DNA of 64,000 bases from Planctomycetia bacterium (GTDB lineage: Bacteria > Planctomycetota > UBA8108 > UBA1146): NCBI GenBank assembly GCA_012269595.1, contig JAAXJX010000027.1, positions 57,814 through 121,813 of the forward strand. The letters are read 5' to 3'. The notes beneath the pieces are model-generated. The model had not been told where the DNA came from. It worked only from the letters and a program-made list of their open reading frames with translations, and did no database searches. A program made the translations under genes and the position numbers. Positions within the stretch are counted from its first letter, which is position 1. Every line of letters begins with the position of its first letter. This document shows, piece after piece, positions 57,669 to 64,000 of this stretch.

Positions 57669-60600
57669 TCAGCCCTCCTGCTTGTCAACGGGGTTCTTCA
57701 ACTGTGCCAGATAACTGGTCCGCGGTCGGACATTCAGCTCCGCCAGCATCTTGTAAGAACGCTTCGATTTTTGCGTTTCGGTGACGCGGCTGTCCGGATC
57801 GGAAAGATCTCCGAAAGTGATCGCACTGGTCGGACAGGTTTGCGCACATGCCGGAACGATATCACCGTCGCGCAGATCCCGGCGCTCGTTATGCGCCTCG
57901 ATCTTCGCTTTGTTGATTCGCTGCACACAGTAGGTGCACTTCTCCATGACACCACGGGCACGAACAGTGACATTCGGGTTGTACCCCATCTGCTCTGTCT
58001 TGCTCGGCTCTGCGGCGTTGTTGTAGTAGTTGAAGCGTCTGACCTTGTAAGGACAGTTGTTGCTGCAGTAACGGGTACCGATGCAACGGTTGTAGACCAT
58101 GTCGTTGAGGCCCTCTTCGTTGTGAACCGTTGCCGCCACCGGGCACACCTGTTCACAAGGGGCATTTTCACACTGGTTACAAGTCATCGGCTGGTGAACC
58201 ATCTCTGGATTCTCGACGTCTTCACCCCTGAAGTAGCGATCGATTCGCATCCAGTGCATTTCCCGGCCGGTCGCCACTTCGTCCTTGCCGACCACCGCAA
58301 TATTGTTCTCCGCCTGGCAGGCGATCACGCATGCACTGCAGCCAGTGCAAACGTTGAGGTCTATGGACATCGCCCACTTGTGCGATTTGTATTCATGATC
58401 GCCAAAGAGACTTTCCAGAGGAGGATGGTGCGGACCGGCGTCCTTGACCGCCTTGCCGACCATTTTTGCATCCGGGGTAAAGTCGACATCGACAGTACGG
58501 GCGAACTCACCCACTCGGCGCTTTTCGGCAACCCTCTGAAGATCGCCCATGAAAGCTTCCGGGCGAATCGGATTGTGATCCTGGGTCGTCGCCAGTGCGT
58601 ACTCACCCTCACCACGGTTCACTGCGACAGGAGCATGACCGTTGCGCACCGCAGCCGTATTGCGCAGGCCATAGGTATCAAAACCGACTCCATCCGCAAT
58701 CTGGTAGATCGCAGGCTTTCGCGAAAGTCTTCCGGCGGCTCTCTCGGAGAGCAGGCGTCCATAACCCAGACTGACAGCGATGGTGCCCTCATTTTGTCCG
58801 GGAAGGACGAAGGCCGGCATTTGCAGCTCTTCTCCCTCGACCTTGAGCATCAACATGTCGCCGTCTTTGACTCCCAATTTGACTGCTTTCGCCGGTGAAA
58901 TGATGGCGCAGTTGTCCCAGGTCACCTTGGTCATCGGGTCCGGAAGTTCCTGCAACCAACCGTTGTTGGCATATCGACCGTCGAAGAGGGAGTGGTCTTG
59001 CAAGAAGACGATTTCGTCAATGTTATCCGGCCAGGAATCGTGGGCTTCCATGGCACTCTTCAGGCCAGCACCCCAGCCACCCTGAAGAGCGGCCGGTGCC
59101 TTGCCAACAGTGTTGGATGTTCCGGCGATGAATCCGTTATGAAGCCACTCTCTCCAGGATTCTTCCAGGTCGCTGGAAGCAAACCCTTCGAGGGCTTCGC
59201 GAGTGATCTCGTATCCGGATCTCGGCGAGTCGTCGAGAAGAATGCTCAACAGTTCAATCGGACTGCGACCGGAGAAGATCGGCTCGATCAGGGGTTGCCC
59301 CAAAGTGATCGTGCCGTCCCAAGTTCTTGCCGCCCCCCACTGCTCGAGGTAATGGGAAGCATTCAGGTGCCACGCACACGCCTTGCCGGTCTCGTCACGG
59401 TAATCACCGAGGTGAACAGTGGAAGCAATCTTGCCGATCAGGTCTCCCCAACTTTGGCCTCCCACGGCGGGGGCGTCGTAGACGGGGTTGGCGCCCAGAA
59501 TGATCAGGTGCTCGACCTGCCCACTCTGGATCCGTGCTGCAAGGGCCTCCAGGTCATCCATGTGAGAAGGACGGGAGGGGTAATGCACTTCTGCATAGGA
59601 GACGGTGGAACCCGCCGCGCCGATGGCATTCACGTTGATGGCATGAACCAGAGCATGAACCTCTGGAGCCTGACGATCCCCGGCCATCAGGAGCGACTGC
59701 CCCGGATAGGCCTTCAGGTCTGCCACCATTTGCTGGATTCTGGAATCGGGCTCGCCGGAGTTGGCGACCGCCTCCGCGACATCCGCAGGCAACCAGTCCG
59801 TGTTGACGTTCAGGGCCTTTGCCAACTGCGCCACCATGCGGGAGATCTCTCCGGAACGTGCAGTGATATGCACGTCGGCCGCCCCGCCGGTTACCGAGTA
59901 GGAACTTTCGATGGAATAGACACGGCTGAAAGCCGCTTCGTCGTCATCGGCAGACTGTCTCATCGAGGCCCAACCGGCACTGTGATGAAGACTTGCCGGG
60001 TGGTTCATCAAAGGATCGGCGTCGAAGCAAATCAGGACTCTCGCCTTGGAAAGATCGGCAACCGGTCTTGCTGGCGCGCCGAAACACATGGCAGTACCGA
60101 GGCGCTCTGAATCGCGATTCAGCGGTGCCCACTCGTGCCATGAACCTTCCTTGAAGGTGCGCTGGAACTTCTTGCGCATCGCATCGAGGGGAAGACTGGA
60201 GCTGGGTGCGGCAAGAACCGAAACCTTGCTCGCTCCCTTGATGCCCTGCAACGCAGCAGTGGCAGCAGCCCAATCGGACTCCTGGTCTTCCCCGTTGACC
60301 TTGCGCATCGGCGCGTGACTGCGTCCCGGATCGTAAAGGTTCAGGACACTCGCCTGCATTTGCGAAGTGGCACTGCCGCTGTGGGATGGATGATCACCAT
60401 TTCCGTCAACACGAATCGGACGACCATCAAAGCTGGTAACAAGAACCCCATCGGCAACCTCCTGCTGCTCCCAGCAGGAAGCATAAGTCACCGGCACTCC
60501 CGGAATTCTTCCCTCCGGTCGACTGGTGTGCGGAAGGATGGTTTCCTTCGGCCAGCGACAACCGGCAAGACCTCCCGCCAATGCGACGGAAGCCCCCATC

Positions 60601-60767
60601 ACTTTCAGGAAGTGACGACGGGAAGTGGAGTGAAAAAGTTCTGGAGCGTGATTGGGAAATTCCTTGTGAACCAACTCCTGGAATTCGGGGGTGTCTGCGT
60701 AGTCCTCAAGACTGCGCCAGAGTGCCTTCCCCGAGCCATTTTGAATGTTTTGATTTATCGATGACAT
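57669..60767 (-). CDS. actB: alternative complex III subunit ActB (molybdopterin-oxidoreductase-like domain fused to a 4x[4Fe-4S] ferredoxin domain), Tat-exported
   Basis: Twin-arginine motif SRRHFLK. Large MopB-like domain. C-terminal Cys clusters CTGCSACVIAC, CNQCENAPCEQVCP, CIGTRYCSNNCPYK, CTYCVQR...CAQTCP. Start trimmed to MSSINQ. Confidence 0.9.
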   Translation of the reverse strand: MSSINQNIQNGSGKALWRSLEDYADTPEFQELVHKEFPNHAPELFHSTSRRHFLKVMGASVALAGGLAGCRWPKETILPHTSRPEGRIPGVPVTYASCWEQQEVADGVLVTSFDGRPIRVDGNGDHPSHSGSATSQMQASVLNLYDPGRSHAPMRKVNGEDQESDWAAATAALQGIKGASKVSVLAAPSSSLPLDAMRKKFQRTFKEGSWHEWAPLNRDSERLGTAMCFGAPARPVADLSKARVLICFDADPLMNHPASLHHSAGWASMRQSADDDEAAFSRVYSIESSYSVTGGAADVHITARSGEISRMVAQLAKALNVNTDWLPADVAEAVANSGEPDSRIQQMVADLKAYPGQSLLMAGDRQAPEVHALVHAINVNAIGAAGSTVSYAEVHYPSRPSHMDDLEALAARIQSGQVEHLIILGANPVYDAPAVGGQSWGDLIGKIASTVHLGDYRDETGKACAWHLNASHYLEQWGAARTWDGTITLGQPLIEPIFSGRSPIELLSILLDDSPRSGYEITREALEGFASSDLEESWREWLHNGFIAGTSNTVGKAPAALQGGWGAGLKSAMEAHDSWPDNIDEIVFLQDHSLFDGRYANNGWLQELPDPMTKVTWDNCAIISPAKAVKLGVKDGDMLMLKVEGEELQMPAFVLPGQNEGTIAVSLGYGRLLSERAAGRLSRKPAIYQIADGVGFDTYGLRNTAAVRNGHAPVAVNRGEGEYALATTQDHNPIRPEAFMGDLQRVAEKRRVGEFARTVDVDFTPDAKMVGKAVKDAGPHHPPLESLFGDHEYKSHKWAMSIDLNVCTGCSACVIACQAENNIAVVGKDEVATGREMHWMRIDRYFRGEDVENPEMVHQPMTCNQCENAPCEQVCPVAATVHNEEGLNDMVYNRCIGTRYCSNNCPYKVRRFNYYNNAAEPSKTEQMGYNPNVTVRARGVMEKCTYCVQRINKAKIEAHNERRDLRDGDIVPACAQTCPTSAITFGDLSDPDSRVTETQKSKRSYKMLAELNVRPRTSYLAQLKNPVDKQEG

Positions 60768-61513
60768 GTGGAACAATTCGTCAGGAGAGTCATGCGCACG
60801 GTCGGATTTCCTTCCGCGTCGTACAACCCCAGGCCCTTCAAGAGTTCGATTCCTTCTGCACGTTTCTCCTCTGGAGTCCGGTCCAGCCCCCACTCAAGAT
60901 CGGTGACCTTGTCGACCGGACGCACATGCGGTGCAGGGTCGCGGTGACAGTCGAGACACCAACCCATACTCAGGGGAGCGTGCTGCCAAACCTCTACCAT
61001 TCGATCCACCCGGCCGTGGCACTCAACGCAGGAAACACCGCGAGTGACATGGGCACTGTGATTGAAATAAACGTGATCCGGGAGGTCATGAATCTTTACC
61101 CACTCAACAGGCAAACCGGTTTCATATGATTCACGAATGGGTGCCAGCTTGTTGCTGTCAGGAGCAACATTCTGGTGGCAGTTCATGCAGGTCTCAGTGG
61201 GAGGAACCGCTGCGAAGCCGGCCTCCTCAACCGTGTTATGGCAGTACCTGCAATCCATCCCCAACTCACCCACGTGAAGTGCATGACTGTAGGGAACGGG
61301 TTGCTCGGGCATGTAGCCAGCGTTGATGGTTTTGGGTGAAGCACCGAAGTTAATCATGAGGACCACATAGAGTCCCGAGACCGCCGCGCCTGCACCCAGC
61401 AGCTTGATCAGAGTATCCACCCATGGAGGGAAGATGGGGGTTCGCGTCGAAGTCACGCTTTGCCTCCTAAGTTCGGGGATCGGACGCCATTTCCGACATC
61501 CCCCGGTTTGCAA
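60755..61513 (-). CDS. actA: alternative complex III subunit ActA (pentaheme cytochrome c)
   Basis: Five CxxCH motifs (CRYCH, CMNCH, CVECH, CLDCH, CSTCH) after an N-terminal TM helix. The true start is probably downstream of the ORF-finder start. Confidence 0.85.
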   Translation of the reverse strand: MQTGGCRKWRPIPELRRQSVTSTRTPIFPPWVDTLIKLLGAGAAVSGLYVVLMINFGASPKTINAGYMPEQPVPYSHALHVGELGMDCRYCHNTVEEAGFAAVPPTETCMNCHQNVAPDSNKLAPIRESYETGLPVEWVKIHDLPDHVYFNHSAHVTRGVSCVECHGRVDRMVEVWQHAPLSMGWCLDCHRDPAPHVRPVDKVTDLEWGLDRTPEEKRAEGIELLKGLGLYDAEGNPTVRMTLLTNCSTCHR

Positions 61514-61663
61514 ATTGCGACGATCAGGTTCCCGGTATCAGACCCAACAATGGAAAAACCATTTCCCAAATTGCCCCCGTGCATACGGGAGTGCTGATAC
61601 GCCGTCGCATGCTTTATTTAGGCTAGCAACAAGAGGATTACAGGCAAACGATCCCGCCCAGTT

Positions 61664-63034
61664 TCATAAAGTTTTTTCTTTGGGAGAATCGGCCCCAGAA
61701 TGCCCGAATTCACCGGAATATCCATCCCGGAATGTCCAGCACAGAAGGACCGCGGCCACACTCAGAATCAGTGCTCCAAGGCTCTGATGAAAGGTGGCCA
61801 CAAGGGTCTCATGCACGCCACTGGAAGCGGTTCGCACCTCGGCTCCGGTCACAGCAAGGGCGTAGAAGCCCAGAGTGACCTGAATCGTTGCCAAAACACC
61901 CAATAAAAGCCCTGTACGTGCTCTGGAAACAGGCATCTTCGGCATCGTACATCGGGCACCGACCACCATGATGAGCCCCAGTACCAAAAAGGCACCGACG
62001 ATGTGGGGAATCATCCAGTCCCGTGAAACATGGCGGGAAAGAGCGCCCAGAATCAGCTGACACAGCAGTCCCATGGCCATGGCGAGCGTCCAGAAGCGAT
62101 CCGCCTTCGGCACCTCCCCCGCTGCCGGGCGGTTCCAACTCGCGGAACTCAGCAACAACAGAACTGCCGTCAATGCGAGGAACAGTTGGCCATCGACACC
62201 ATGGATCACTCTCAGAGCCAGACTCCAGGTCGATTCCTGCCAGTCGACAACCTGACCACCCACTTCTGTGACAGAGTTGACTTCCGTCACCCGGATTCCA
62301 CCGAGAATTCCCTGAAAGATGACCTGAATCGAAGCCAGAACAGCTCCCCAGCGCAATCCCCGGCCCGCTCCCTGACGAAACAGGTAGACCATGGTTGAAA
62401 GGGTCACCAGCCCCACGAGGGTTCCATACAAGCGATGGGCATGTTCGTAGTAAATCCCGCCTGTCATGCGGGAAAGCGGCAGCAGAAACATGTTTTCGCC
62501 AAAGGAGGCAGGCCAATCAGGGACGGCCATACCCGCTTCCTCACTGGTCACCAACCCGCCGATGGCAATCATGACCAGCGTCGCAATGAAGGTCGAAAGG
62601 CACATCCCGCACTGGCCTTGTGCACGACTCCAGGATTGCTTGACCGGAGAAACGGTCGCAGCACCCAACAACCCCAGAAACATCATCACCCCGAAAAATC
62701 CCGAAACTGCGAGGATGGCATGCCCCGTATCTGTGAAGTCCTCGGCCAGATAGGAACCGAGAACCAGCAAATCGAAGGTGGCAGCGGTGCCGGTAGCGGT
62801 CAGGGCAGCCGACCAGCGTCGGGGATGGGCGAGGGCCGCAAATCGCCCTCCGAGGAGCACCAGAACCGCCAAAACCACAAACAGGAGGGCGGGGTGAGCG
62901 TCGACAAACGGCAATCTGGCAATATATCCCGAAGTCCACATGGCCACTGCGACCAGAACTCCCACGGGAAAAGAACTCCCAAAGACCCCCATGGACTCTT
63001 TGGACGACAATCCAGAGTCTGCGGCAATCCCCAT
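61664..63034 (-). CDS. ctaA: heme A synthase (CtaA/COX15 family)
   Basis: 8-TM protein with repeated His-containing motifs (…YYEHAHRLYGTLVGL…, …HETLVATFHQSLG…). Confidence 0.8.
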   Translation of the reverse strand: MGIAADSGLSSKESMGVFGSSFPVGVLVAVAMWTSGYIARLPFVDAHPALLFVVLAVLVLLGGRFAALAHPRRWSAALTATGTAATFDLLVLGSYLAEDFTDTGHAILAVSGFFGVMMFLGLLGAATVSPVKQSWSRAQGQCGMCLSTFIATLVMIAIGGLVTSEEAGMAVPDWPASFGENMFLLPLSRMTGGIYYEHAHRLYGTLVGLVTLSTMVYLFRQGAGRGLRWGAVLASIQVIFQGILGGIRVTEVNSVTEVGGQVVDWQESTWSLALRVIHGVDGQLFLALTAVLLLLSSASWNRPAAGEVPKADRFWTLAMAMGLLCQLILGALSRHVSRDWMIPHIVGAFLVLGLIMVVGARCTMPKMPVSRARTGLLLGVLATIQVTLGFYALAVTGAEVRTASSGVHETLVATFHQSLGALILSVAAVLLCWTFRDGYSGEFGHSGADSPKEKTL

Positions 63035-63393
63035 AAAACCCTCCAAATCCCACAGGAAACGTCTCTGGGGGCACAATTTCCAGACCTCACTGGCCGGGAT
63101 TCCTGTCTTGCTTGCCCAATCTTATCTAAGGAGGGTTTGCGGTCTGGGGCAAGAAAAAGCACCCTTAACAAATCATCGTCTTGGGCACTTCAATAGAGGG
63201 GACGGACATGAGAGAATAGTTCAAATAGGGAGATAGTTTCCCCATGCCTTCTATTCAACCGGATTGGAATCACAAAACCCGGTTGCATACAGGTGCTGAG
63301 AACATTCTTTTTTGCACGTTTTTGAATAGCCCGAGAGTCTTTCAAGAATCTGATTCGACCCCGCTTCGATCAGCATACATCACGGGAGAGCCC

Positions 63394-64000
63394 ATGCAGG
63401 TTCCAGGGAAGGAACATGTTTTGAAGTTTCATACTTGTTTACTGGTGGCGATTCTTTGCCTCACCACAGGAGTGCTTACGGCACAGAACCCTGACGTGAT
63501 CGTCGGTTCATTGCCGGCGACCAACGCATACGGCACCAATGCAGGCACAAACATTTATGCCTATTCTGTAGCGACCACTTCCTGCAACATCGGGGATGCC
63601 AACCTTGACTGGTTCGCCAACAACAACCGACATCCGGTTATTGCGCAGGATATGTTCCGCTTGCACAACGGGCGTTTCTCCCAGATCGGTTCTTCCTGGC
63701 TCAAGCACGGATTCTGTGCACTGCAGATTTCCGGCCTTTGCACCGGTTGCGGTGGCGGAGGTGGCTGCCTGGATAACCTGACCCCCGGTTGCTCAGATCC
63801 CTACTCTGCAAGCCTGAATGGTTCGCAGAGCAATCTGGGTCCCCGCTCTCAGGTGAACGCTTTCACAGGGTTCTTCCCGTTCCCCTACTCTGCACCCAAC
63901 TGCCCCCCGAGTGAGGGCAACATCTGCAGAAGGCTTCAGGTTCATGTCGATGATCTGACCGCGAACCTCTTCCCGGGGGCACAGTACTTCGTCAGTGGAC
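63394..64000 (+). CDS. secreted Cys/Gly-rich hypothetical protein, 3' end truncated by the window edge
   Basis: Not in the ORF track because it runs off the edge. ATG at 63394 preceded by GGGAGAG. Signal peptide (…LVAILCLTTGVLTAQ). Mature part has paired Cys and a GCGGGGGC stretch. No family recognised. Confidence 0.5.
   Translation, partial: MQVPGKEHVLKFHTCLLVAILCLTTGVLTAQNPDVIVGSLPATNAYGTNAGTNIYAYSVATTSCNIGDANLDWFANNNRHPVIAQDMFRLHNGRFSQIGSSWLKHGFCALQISGLCTGCGGGGGCLDNLTPGCSDPYSASLNGSQSNLGPRSQVNAFTGFFPFPYSAPNCPPSEGNICRRLQVHVDDLTANLFPGAQYFVSG

Noticed and set aside
63190-63230. tRNA-like T-loop (GTTCAAAT) in the AT-rich region. A GGTCGAATT-like motif also occurs near 45215.
   Set aside because: There are no flanking complementary 5-bp T-stems, no acceptor-stem pairing and no anticodon-arm architecture. 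I found no convincing tRNA anywhere in the window.
63077-63393. Sigma-54 promoter (TGGCAC-N5-TTGC) in the ctaA upstream region
   Set aside because: TTGCA and GGCAC fragments occur (TTGGGCACTTCAATAG; TTTTGCACG), but never with the correct -24/-12 spacing.
1-64000. CRISPR arrays, IS elements, integrases, phage genes and toxin-antitoxin pairs
   Set aside because: I saw no direct-repeat/spacer periodicity and no transposase, integrase or phage-like ORFs. Gene content is contiguous core metabolism with near-zero intergenic space.

Overview
The window is a high-GC (roughly 58-60% by eye), very densely coding stretch of bacterial chromosome: about 50 CDS and over 90% coding. It contains no rRNA, tRNA, CRISPR array, IS element or prophage signal that I can support. 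Gene content is core metabolism and housekeeping. Strand calls were made from recognisable protein motifs, because this GC content produces very long spurious antisense ORFs throughout.

Content from left to right:
- purC (partial), an LpxL/HtrB-like lipid A acyltransferase, a DUF481-like outer-membrane barrel and an orphan protein with a radical-SAM-like but non-canonical CX8CX2C motif.
- RNase D and a Kgd/OdhA-type 2-oxoglutarate dehydrogenase E1 with a fused E2 catalytic domain.
- A divergently arranged ECF sigma factor and a Ser/Thr kinase with a TPR tail.
- M42 peptidase, sfsA and an S9 (DPP-IV-like) peptidase.
- A Trm112-like gene, then aceE.
- ahcY with a 313-bp leader, a secreted toroid/HEAT protein, acs and an M28 peptidase.
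- infA, ruvC, der, a hotdog-fold protein, mnmG and aroA.
- An M14 peptidase, an acyltransferase-3 membrane protein and a thioredoxin-like secreted protein.
- A complete SUF operon: Rrf2 regulator, sufBCDS, sufU and a DUF59/SufT-like gene.
- An approximately 18-kb respiratory supercluster: ctaB, a DUF3179-like gene, two CoxIII paralogues, caa3-type ctaFEDC, Sco and a small single-TM gene. It also carries the alternative complex III genes actFEDCBA, and then ctaA.
- A partial secreted Cys/Gly-rich protein at the right edge.

The ECF-sigma/STK pairing, ACIII plus caa3, and the secreted toroid/HEAT proteins fit a Planctomycetota-like organism, but that is inference only.

The most interesting items are:
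- The CX8CX2C radical-SAM-like orphan.
- A DUF3179-like protein with Cys-to-His/Ser signature changes, translationally coupled to ctaB.
- A small protein coupled to actF.
- Matching His/Gly-rich inserts in CoxIII and ActF.
- A Kgd-type fused OdhA in a non-actinobacterial-looking context.
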